55,323 nt of DNA from Nemertoderma westbladi. Its lineage: Eukaryota > Animalia > Xenacoelomorpha. The stretch is from contig JAUCBJ010008990.1 of the NCBI GenBank assembly GCA_032718475.1, positions 1 to 55,323 of the forward strand, read 5' to 3'. Made by a program: the position numbers and the translations under genes. The notes under the pieces are model-generated. The model did not search any database, was not told the DNA's origin, and saw only the letters and a program-made list of their open reading frames with translations. This document shows positions 12,501 to 23,100 of the stretch, in pieces (within the stretch, counting starts at the first letter, position 1; every line of letters begins with the position of its first letter).

Positions 12501-14447
12501 TTTTATAGGTAGTATGGTGTGACATTTGTAAACACACACCCTGTTCTAAAGGAGGTCCTCTGACGCCCCTACGAATACAGAGCAAGAGAACAGGAATTAG
12601 AAAGGATCACTAGACCACAGAAGTTCCTGACTACTCACAGTCTTCCTACAGTGGTCGTACAAACGATTAGAGCAGGGCCAGTACAGGCTGCTGTCCTGAG
12701 AAGGGCCTTAAAGGTTGTTTGCTCTCGATCCCTGGGGTCCTCAAACGAGAATACCGACATTGGAGCTAAGACAAAGGAAATAAGGGAATCTCCCATAGAT
12801 ATCGATCAATCGGTACCTCTACCAGCAGATACACCGACTGAAACCCAATCCCTCCAGATGCAATTATATTGCACCCTTCACCCAGGAGTTATAGCCCTCC
12901 TATTAAAGTGGACTTAAGTACCATTTTCTGGGAGCGGTGCAAAAGCTTTTGCAGCAAAATTGTGTCTTTTTGTGCAATACGCAAACTACTCTAAACACAA
13001 CAATATCTCAAGGAAGTTGAGAACATATAGACTTACCTATTGCTTTTAGTTTTGGTATAGAGTTCTGTTGACGAAATCATGCAAAAAACTGGTCCCTAGT
13101 TTCGTTGTCCCTGTAGTTCCTATGCTATCTAAACGTCCAATCAACGTATAATTTTTACTTTCCTGGCCATACAGAAGACAGAATTCCTTAGTTACAGCTG
13201 ACATGAATTCCTGGCCTCTGATTGGAGTTTTAGCATAATTCCACGGATTTCTGTGAGTTTCCACGAATCACATATGTTGACATATTTCTGTGTGTCGAAA
13301 ATTACAAAATCCTCCATTCTGCTAGTATTCACTATTCAGCCCAAGGACCAACAGTGGCATGAATTATTAAGCCTAAGTAAATTACCTGCACTGAATTTCT
13401 GCATCTCTACCCTTACTGCATTATCAACTGCATTTGTCACAGCAAACATCTGACTGCTAATTAACTGCCAACACTGCTGTTTTTATACTATTTTATACTG
13501 TTGTTCATTGTTGTTTGGTAACATATTTACTGGATGTTTATATTTGGAGAATACATACAAATAATCGATAATCCCAACTAACTTCCTTTATTATTGGGAG
13601 GTAAGCAGAAGAACTAGTAGAAGTACTAGAAGAAGCAGAAGTACTACTAACGATTTGGCTCAAATTACAGTGGTCTGTATGATATTTATGCTATTTCATA
13701 ACCCCAACATAAGAGAGCTAAATTTCTCCTTATACATAAACAAAATTGGTAAAAGTCAGCAAATCAGCGTGTTTCACTATTATTGTCAGTAAAGTGAGTG
13801 CGAGTGAATAAAACTACATTCCTGAAGAATGTAAATCATAGTGGCTCGATTAAACAAACAATCCGTTGTAATTATTGCAGGTTAAAACTCTGTCTGGTAT
13901 TTAAAGCTCAGCATCTAAAAGGAACTGTTAATATTACCCTGAAATTAAACATAGTTTTTGGAGATAATATAGTAGAGATCAATCGAATAATACAAATTAA
14001 CCTACTTTTCACGCCGATAGAATTCAGTCTCCCACACACGGTGGGTCATACGCCAACCAAAGACTGTCTTCTACTGTTATTTGTTTTTGTATGGGCTAAC
14101 AAATAATATAAGACACATAAATTAACAGGTTAAACTGTTAAAGGTCTAAAAGCGATAACAATTAGAAATGATGCAATACCTATTATAGATTAATTTAGTA
14201 TTTGTACTTAATATAGGCATGGCCTACTTACTATATGACGGCCTAAAAGAAATCATAAGAATCAGTGAGTCTCTGCTATGCTAGGCCTACATATTTTGAC
14301 TCATTCAGTCTAAGTCTAAGTTCAGTCTAAGTGCTAGGGCTACATTTTTATAATGAATTTATGTTTATTACATTAATGACTGAATTATATTAATTATGGA
14401 AATGGAAAGGGAAAATTTATTCAGACCGTGCCATTATTGTCATCTTT

Positions 14448-16350
14448 TATAGAATTATATTCTCATAAATGCCGTGGATTTTCAAAATTTTATTTTGTTG
14501 GAATTAACTTGCTATAAAGATTACATTAAGTCCTCATTTGCATTTACTATATCTATTTGTATAACATTTGTTTAAGTGGTTCAGTAGCTCAGTCGGTTAT
14601 GCGTTAGAAAATCGTGTAGTAGGTGTCGAGTTCGAATCCTAGCAAGTGTGAATTATTTTTTGTGCTAAGTTTCAACTCATTTGAATTGACTGCTACGATT
14701 TAATTGTATCTGCTTAAGGTAGATTAACCAATGCGATTGCAGTTATTAGATAGCAACCAATGTCGTGCAAGATACGTGTTTGCTGGACCAATGATTATCT
14801 TTAAAAACCTAGTAGAACTCATAGAACAATCTAGATTTATCTAGATTGTTGGCAGCACAAATTTGCTATAAAAGGTGCGATTTTGTTCATTAGTTATTAG
14901 ATATTATTAGATAATAACCAATTTAGATAGCGACATTATTTCTTACACACTTAGTATAACCTTAATCTTCTTGTTACATTTATTGTATATTAGTTATTGT
15001 TTATTTGTAATAAAGTTAGAAAGTATTTGTTACATCTGCTTTTACTATGTTTCACCACGGTGAACACCACTGAAAGACAGATGGCAAGCTAGACATCGGA
15101 TCGCGGCAATAGACGGGAATATCGGAGGAATTTAGAAAGGAGACAACCCGCAATACCCATTCTTAGTTATTAGCCCATCGCCTGAAAGGTTAGACAGCGT
15201 TCGATGCCTCGTTACCTAAGCGTAAGACCTAAGATCGAAGGTAGAGGTACTGACACGCTGTGCGCTAAAAATTACATTTAGGGACTGTACTGTCTTAATT
15301 CAGAAAAACCCGCAGTTGACCTTCACATTCCTACGGGAGGAGATCAGGCAGAGAGATACTAGTACACAGATAGGACACAGGCACACCAGTACAAGGCATA
15401 CACATTAGTAGGGTGCAGCAAACTGTACGCCTAACTCATTTGCTAAGTATAGGTGCGTCGGTGGCCCGTTTGTAGTACAACGGTGTCCATTTGCATTAGA
15501 TCTTGTAGGCCAGGAAGGGTTACTGTATTTTTACCTGAATTGAGATTGTACCATTCAGGCGGTAGGGCAGTTTACTGCTAGGCGCATATAAATTGAGGCT
15601 ATTAGGGATACTAACATCTACCGTGTCCCCGCCGACATTCTGATAGGAAGTTACCGTGCCCACCTAGGCAACCAAAATTCTAGATAGGACGCCAGGCTAG
15701 CTATTTTGTAACTGTATGCCTACTGTTGTAAACTAACACATTTCTTCTTAGTATTAGGGACCTGGTAAATTAAATTGCCGAATTCTGGGCGTAGTATTAA
15801 CCTTATGCCTGAATTTGAGTCCTGGAAATACACAAAAGGGGAAGGAGCCTTATCATTCGTGAGTATTGGACCTACAAGCTACAAAATTAGAATATTTGTA
15901 AAATGTACACCGGACCCAGTAATTATATATGTGAAGGATCTAAAACTGATTTTGACTGTTAGAATCAAGACACACGCGCGTTAGGAATTATTTACACCTC
16001 AAAATATATAAAATAATTTTTGTCCGTACTGCACTTTGCCCCCTAGTTAGACACCTAGCTAGCGCCTCTATTTCTCACCCACATATAAATCACACCGCGG
16101 CAAAGTATACGAGCGCCCTTAGTCCGTCAGTGAGTCAGCCCGATTTTAGGATTCGCTGCGCGGGATTTTGTTTTATCGAAGTTTGTCCGTTCGTAGACTG
16201 TTTTCTGCCTCACCGGTTATAAGAGACCAATACTGCAATAGATTTGCTTACTTAGAGTTTACTGTTTTGGTGAGAAGGTCGGATTACGTTTTGATTCACA
16301 GACTTTACAGTAAGATATTGCAGGGTACTTTGTTACTGTCTCTTCGAATA
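14448..16350 (+). repeat. 5' LTR (1903 bp)
   Basis: Direct repeat of 30791-32692, roughly 98-99% identical by eye; starts TATAGAA, ends TTCGAATA. Confidence 0.95.
14578..14661 (+). promoter_or_regulatory. tRNA-like Pol III cassette (A box, B box, T-run) in the 5' LTR
   Basis: TAGCTCAGTCGG (A box) and GAGTTCGAATCC (B box) at tRNA-like spacing, then TTTTTT; acceptor and anticodon stems do not pair well. Confidence 0.65.
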
Positions 16351-17178
16351 GTAGGAATGTGGTATTATTTAACATATTTCCTAAAATAGTAGGAATGTGT
16401 TTTACTGAACTACGGTTCAGTTTTTGTATTTTGAGGTAAAATTTTGTATTTGATTAGCTAAGTGCTAATATTTGAAATAAAATTTTAATTTGAACCGCGT
16501 GTAAAATAATTGGAATCGAATACCGGTGTTTAAAAAGGGTTTAAATACCATATTGTACCGGTACAAAATTTTTCGTAAAAGTAAAACCTAACTCTTTTGT
16601 TTTTCAGGATTCAGAACTCATTTCTAGACTGTAACGAGAGCAAGACCGTGTTTAGCAAGTTTGGGAGATAGATAACTCAACAACTTTGGTTGGGAAAATC
16701 GCACTTCGTCCGCAACGCTGGAAACGGAAAGGTTCACGTCCAGTTTGTATCTGGGAATCTGTTTTCTGGAGAATTATTGGAGGGGGTGAGTTTGAAAAGT
16801 TGCATAAATCAGTTAGGCATTACCGTACTAGTTAAAATTATTGTGGGTTCCACTGTCTCAAGTATTTATGCATTCCGTACGATTTCTTTGTTTATTGCTG
16901 AACTAGTCCGTTAATTATTTGTGTTTAATTTACCCTTTGATAACGTATATCGTTATCCGATTTTATTTGTTATAAAATTGGCCGCCAGGCTAATTATATT
17001 ATATACTTACTCCGTGACATTTATTTGTTGTAAAATTGGCCGCTAGGCTAATTTTATCCATTTACTATAAAATCGGCCGGTAGGCTAATTTTATATGACT
17101 GTAATTAATACCGTTTAGATACAAATACGGTAAGTTTGATACTTTGACACTCACTTTACTTGACTTACAACCACCGAA

Positions 17179-18864
17179 ATGAGTGACAAACAAGACTATA
17201 CGAAGAATACACCTACTGACTATGACTCATATGACGCGGATAAGTCAGTAGCGGAAGAACCACAGGGGAAGACTCGTGAGCCTACCGAACCTACACCATG
17301 CACGTCACCAGTACATCCAACGGGAGTACCGGATGCCGTAGTACGAGGCGACGGCAGGACTGAGGATTTTCTAACGGTCCCGCAACCTAGACACAGAGAA
17401 ACGGACATGGTAAGTTCAGTAGGAAGCCAGGAGAGCATTGTTAGAAGCGTCGGAGGATACATGGCGCATATCACCAGGAGCATTGGAGAAGGCCAACGCA
17501 TATTAGACGAGTTGACCGCTCCGATGTCCCGGTTCGAGTTCTACACCCTACAGGTTAGAGTACAGAGTAAAGTACATAAGTCCGTAGATAACCTAATCGG
17601 TCTACAAGATCTAGCTAGACAGAGACAGGATATGGACACTCAGCTTAGAATCCTCGAGAAATTAATAATCGCCAGGGAGAAACTAATTCAGTTTAAGACA
17701 ACCGTTAGACAGATACAACAGGAACAAGCGGACCAGTTGCTAGGTGAGTCGGTTTCTGACGAGTTATTACAGCCCGAGGAAGAACAGGAATTGTACAGAC
17801 TGGACGGACAATTGAAACATCTGACAGATCACTTACGTATGTGCGGCGAAGCCGTCGGAGATTTGGAAACCGTGCCGGAAGATACGAGGGAAACTTCACC
17901 CGTACAAATCGAACTGGCACCGGGAATACTGAATCAATCATTGGTGAGTATTCGCAGCGAAATTGGCGAGGTAAGTCTGGTAACGTCAGAAATTTCTCGA
18001 CAGCAACAACAGTACTACAGACAACAACGAGAAATTGAGGAACAAACTCAATTGTTAACGGTACAAGCGGCAGTAGAGGAAGAGAAACTACGCGTCGCAA
18101 ATGTTGCGAGAATCTCTCATTTGCAAGAAGCAGCCGAACTGGAAGCAGCTGAGATGGAAAGGTTAGAGCTAGAAATAGCACGGCGAACAGTGGCAGCTGA
18201 GTTAGCGCAACAAGCGGCAGCAGCTGAGTTGGAACGACAAGCGGCAGCAGCTGAGTTCGAACGACAAGCGGCGGCAGCTGAGTTAGCGCAACGAGCAGCA
18301 ACAGCTGATTTGGAGCGACGAGCAGCAGAATTGGAAGAACACAAGCGAGTTTCGGAAGCGAGAGCCGAGTTGAAAAAACGACAGATAAAGGCTCAATCAG
18401 CTATACGACTAGCGGAGTTCGAAGCACAACAACAACAGACGGAACAACGCAAGAAGGAAGTTAAACTTCATTTCGAACTCGAAAAGAAGGCGAGGGAATT
18501 AGCCAACGCCAAGGAAGATCTGGATCTTCAAGCCCGCGATCGATCGATGAGATCTCGAGACGGACACGTTCTAGACCGGATAGAGGTAAGACATCGTCAA
18601 ATTCAGGAACGAATGAAGGAAGGAAGCGTAGGAGCACCTGAGCGAGAACGGGAATTGGTTAAAGACTTATGTCAACGATTTCCTCAAGTAACTCCGATGT
18701 TCGCACCAATTACGAATAAAGGACCTGTTTCGATTGCTGGTAGTAGCAGTATATCTCCTATACACGATGCGACGGAATACAGGTATGTTATTCCGGACAA
18801 GTTTGTAACGCCAAGAGCAATGTCATCGCCTATTCCAAAGGTCAAGGTAAGTAACCGCCAATAA
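17179..18864 (+). CDS. BEL gag N-terminal region: long coiled coil with AAAAELERQ-type repeats
   Basis: 561-aa ORF at the start of the internal region; E/Q/R/A-rich; out of frame with the next ORF. Confidence 0.7.
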   Translation: MSDKQDYTKNTPTDYDSYDADKSVAEEPQGKTREPTEPTPCTSPVHPTGVPDAVVRGDGRTEDFLTVPQPRHRETDMVSSVGSQESIVRSVGGYMAHITRSIGEGQRILDELTAPMSRFEFYTLQVRVQSKVHKSVDNLIGLQDLARQRQDMDTQLRILEKLIIAREKLIQFKTTVRQIQQEQADQLLGESVSDELLQPEEEQELYRLDGQLKHLTDHLRMCGEAVGDLETVPEDTRETSPVQIELAPGILNQSLVSIRSEIGEVSLVTSEISRQQQQYYRQQREIEEQTQLLTVQAAVEEEKLRVANVARISHLQEAAELEAAEMERLELEIARRTVAAELAQQAAAAELERQAAAAEFERQAAAAELAQRAATADLERRAAELEEHKRVSEARAELKKRQIKAQSAIRLAEFEAQQQQTEQRKKEVKLHFELEKKARELANAKEDLDLQARDRSMRSRDGHVLDRIEVRHRQIQERMKEGSVGAPERERELVKDLCQRFPQVTPMFAPITNKGPVSIAGSSSISPIHDATEYRYVIPDKFVTPRAMSSPIPKVKVSNRQ

Positions 18865-18899
18865 CGGATCGTAGTAATTTATTAGTCGGACCTACATTA

Positions 18900-20021
18900 A
18901 TGACGACAAAACAGCTGAGTCAACCTTCGACACCTAAACCTGTGATACACTACGCAAACCCAATCGTATTCAGGCCTTCAAGGCCGTTAGACTCAAACGC
19001 CAACACGCGACCACAAATTCAGTTTACATCGCAATCTACGACTTCGAGGAAGACTTGTGAGCCTACCGAGCAACGGAGACCAGTAGACACGCGACCGTTT
19101 AACCAGTTTACATCGCAATCTACGACTTCGAGGAAGACTTGCGAGCCTACCGAACAACGGAAACCAGTAGACGATGTTTCTAAACGGAATGTTAGAATTC
19201 GGACAACCCAACGGACGCGAGCACGTCGGCCACCGTATCCAGGTGATAGTAGTACTTCGAGCGAATCGGATTACCCGGAACGCGAGGTGTTTAGAACAGG
19301 AGCGGCCGATGAATGCAAACGCGAGCGTTCAACTAATTCCTTTATAGATAATCCTCCACAAAATACACCAACACAGAAAGCGTTACAACCAACGGACGCG
19401 ATCAGTACACAACAATTCGCCGATATAATGCGACCAGTTGTTAACAAGTTGGCCCAGATCGAGGAACGCTTAGAGGAAGTTCAAACTGATAGTTCGAGAA
19501 ACACGGAATTCGAACATACTAGACACCCGAAGCATCCACAAAGGACGGTGCTTTCAGGGAATGTAGAGTATGAGAAAAGACGTCCTGGACAGGGAAAAAC
19601 AAACTCTATTGCTACCCAGGGACGCGAAACTTTGAATGTTGCAGAAGAGATAGCTAAATTCGCAGCCAGACAAGGATTACCGGCGCAGCAACCACCAAAG
19701 TTCTCAGGAAACTCAAAACATTGGCATACCTTCGTGGATTACATCGAATCTCAAATTGCGGCATGCGCTTTTACATCGAGGGAAAAGTTTAACTACCTGC
19801 TTCAAACGCTGACGGGAGAACCGAAACGTCTAGCAGTGACTTTCGTCGGTGTACCAGACGCCTTCGAATTAGCATACGATCGCTTAACTTCCATTTATGG
19901 AGGTACGGTAAGTATGGCCAAGTCAGTAATAGAGGAACTCTGTAAAGGGGGGGCCATTACGAAACCCGTGGACTTACTGAAATTAGCTGATGAAATTAAA
20001 AACGCCATTACGACACTATGA
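18900..20021 (+). CDS. BEL gag capsid-like region (DUF1759-like), ending at an in-frame TGA
   Basis: PPKFSGNSKHWHTF...EKFNYLLQTLTGEP...AYDRLTSIYG; same frame as ORF 20154..25754. Confidence 0.8.
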   Translation: MTTKQLSQPSTPKPVIHYANPIVFRPSRPLDSNANTRPQIQFTSQSTTSRKTCEPTEQRRPVDTRPFNQFTSQSTTSRKTCEPTEQRKPVDDVSKRNVRIRTTQRTRARRPPYPGDSSTSSESDYPEREVFRTGAADECKRERSTNSFIDNPPQNTPTQKALQPTDAISTQQFADIMRPVVNKLAQIEERLEEVQTDSSRNTEFEHTRHPKHPQRTVLSGNVEYEKRRPGQGKTNSIATQGRETLNVAEEIAKFAARQGLPAQQPPKFSGNSKHWHTFVDYIESQIAACAFTSREKFNYLLQTLTGEPKRLAVTFVGVPDAFELAYDRLTSIYGGTVSMAKSVIEELCKGGAITKPVDLLKLADEIKNAITTL

Positions 20022-20153
20022 TCAATTGGACAACTTGACTACGCAAACACTCCTACAGTCCTATTAAAAATAATAGGGAGACTACACCATCGACTTCGTA
20101 GGGAGTGGAGAAAGATCGAGTACCAGCGAGAAGAAACAGGTGGATTTTTAAGA

Positions 20154-23100
20154 TTGGAAGATGTGTACCTATTAATATCTAGGGAGGCAGTAGTAGAGAC
20201 TCGTTCGAACTACACGGATCAACACATTATAGCCGAAGGTATAACTTTGCCATCGACCAACCGACAAAAACCACAGACGACATCTACAAGGATGGTCACC
20301 TACGCTACACCGACGGAAACCCGACAATTTTCTGACGGTTATAACGTGTCCGCACCCATTGGAATCAAACAGACTAGGCAGCAACTAAATGCCGACTTCA
20401 GCTGTTGTCAATACTGCGAGCGGATAGGTAAGCGACACACTAGTCACAAGTTAAGGGGATGTCGACTATTTCGTGAGTTAAACTCAGAAGAACGAAGACT
20501 ACAGATACGATCATTGGATTCTTGTTGGAGGTGTACGCAACACGGACATGTCCGAAAGGATTGCACAAATACGGACACCTGTCCTTCCTGTGGACGCAAT
20601 CATGACGGTTTGCTCCACACCGATAGTCATACACCGACGAAACGCTTCACCAGGGAACACCCAGAAGCAGCAGCGAAGTGCAACACTGCGTACAAGACGC
20701 GAGAGTCAAAGACAACACCAACCTTTGTGACGCATATTCGGGATTGTTTCCCAGAACAATCCGGGTCTTTAGATGAAGAGTCAGAAGACGACGACGCTTA
20801 TTTCAACACTGGGGACGAACAACCATCGATTGCGCTTCTGACGCCTGATCAACTAAAGGGATTTAGCGTAATTCCCGTTAAGATTACGGGCACAAAAGGG
20901 AGCAAGCGGATCTACGCTATTTTAGATTCAGCCTCATCTCACAGCTATGTGGACGAGAAGGTAGCTGACGTCGTCACAGATCTTCAACAAGGTAAGCACG
21001 TCAGTTATACCGTAAGTAGTATGCATGGACAACGTACAATACCAGTGACAAGAGTTAAATTGAACTTAGACACTCTTCTTCCGAAATCGCAACATAGCGA
21101 AAAGGAGAGGTCTTTGTTACCCTTTAAGGATTTAACCTTTGCGGCAACTAAGGACTTTAGTAACCTACTGGGTCCAGTGCCAGAACAATCCTTAGAGGAC
21201 CGTAAGTATTTTAGACACCTTGGTGTACCTGAATGTCCTGTTAATTATAGGTCAGTAGCAATGCTGATCGGGACAGACCAATTCAACTTACATCAAGTGT
21301 GGGAAACCAGACCATCGGTAGTCGTAGCAGGAAACGCATACGCCTGCAGAACGCCGATAGGGTGGTATACTCGAGCGCCTGTGCGCACACTAGATATAAG
21401 TGACGAGGAAGATGATGTGCAAAGTACATGTAGTTTATTAACTACAACTTCGACTCATTCTTTTTCAAACGACATTGACTATACTACACGCCAAAATTCG
21501 ACAAAACACGACAAAGTGACAAGTACGACATGTGTGGCAAGTACAATAAGTCAAAGGGAGCAGAAACCACTTTACAAAGAGGTAAGTTTAGAGATTGGGA
21601 AGGAGACGCATCAGGCAGAGGATCCATCAACGATAGATGATAATGCCGGAAGGCTTGCGAGTCTACCTCAACCAATAACCTTATCAACACCTGTCGATGT
21701 CGACACATTAAGGAATTGTCAAGTGGAACAAGCTGCACTGGACAAAGAATTAACAGAGAAAACTATCAAGTGGTTGGAACAAGACACAGCCGAACCTGGT
21801 AGTTACGAACCATGCATGTCGGAACAAGAAAAACAATCCTTAAAGATCATGGAAGATACTATCCATCAGACGAAAGACGGACATTATGAGGTAGGGATGC
21901 TATGGCGTAACCAACGTCCTAAACTTATAAATAATTATCCGCTAGCCTTAAGACGTTTAAACTCAATACGACAACGTTTATTAAAGGACGAGAAAGCCCA
22001 TCTGCAGTATAATACTCAGATGGAGACGTATTTGACAAAAGGGTACGCTATCAGAATGACAAACCCAGAGATTGTGACAGACCAGACATACTATTTGCCA
22101 CATCACTACGTGAGACACCCTGACAAACCAGATAAGGTACGTGTAGTAAATGACTGCGCGGCTCTGTTTGAGGGAATGTCTCTCAATACGGAGTTGATGG
22201 ATGGACCAAACATGAATAATTATCTCATGGGGGTGATTATGCGCTTCCGTCAACGCCAAGTAGCATTTACTTGCGACGTCGAAGCCATGTTTCACCAGGT
22301 GCGAGCGTTAGAGCGAGACAGAGACAGTTTGAGGTTCCTCTGGTACCTGGATGGAGACTTAAGTCAACCACCGGCGACTTACCAAATGCAAGTTCGCGTA
22401 TTCGGTGCCAGAGACAGCCCAAATTGCACTATGTACGCCCTAAAGCAGACCGCTAGGGATCAGAAACATAAGTATGACCCAGAGGTAATCCAAGTAGTAG
22501 AACGAGACTTTTACGTTGACGATGGATTACAAAGTTGCGACACAGTAGAACGTGCCATTACAGTAGCACATCAATTACGGGACTGTTTAGCAGGCGGAGG
22601 TTTTAACCTCACCAAGTTTGCTTCGAACAGTACCGAATTAGTAAATTCATTCAAAACGACTGAACGTGGGGGTGGTGACATTGACTTGGAATTCGAACCA
22701 CTACCGACGACAAAGGTGTTGGGACTATTTTGGGACCCGAACACAGACAACTTTCGAGTGAAGGTAAGACTGGACGCTCAAGGAGATTCTCTGACAAAGA
22801 GGTCTTGCTTGTCAAAACTAAGTAGACTGTTCGATCCATTAGGTTTTATCAGCCCAATAATACTGCAAGCAAGAATATACATGCGCAGTATTTGGAAAGA
22901 TGGACTGACATGGGACGAACCGATCTCATCAGAACAAGTAGACTTATGGAAAACTTGGGAGGCGCAATTATCTTCGCTAGAGGATTATTCCATACCCCGG
23001 GTGTACTTTCCATTACAGACGACATTTCCTGACAACTTAGAATTACATTGTTTTTCCGACGCCAGTGACAACGGCTTTGGAGTGACAGCGTATTTGCGCA

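Noticed and set aside
12900-13460. Additional minus-strand host exons (GTAAGT donor near 13036)
   Set aside because: Frames contain stops or give no recognisable domain; they cannot be linked to the FN2 exon.
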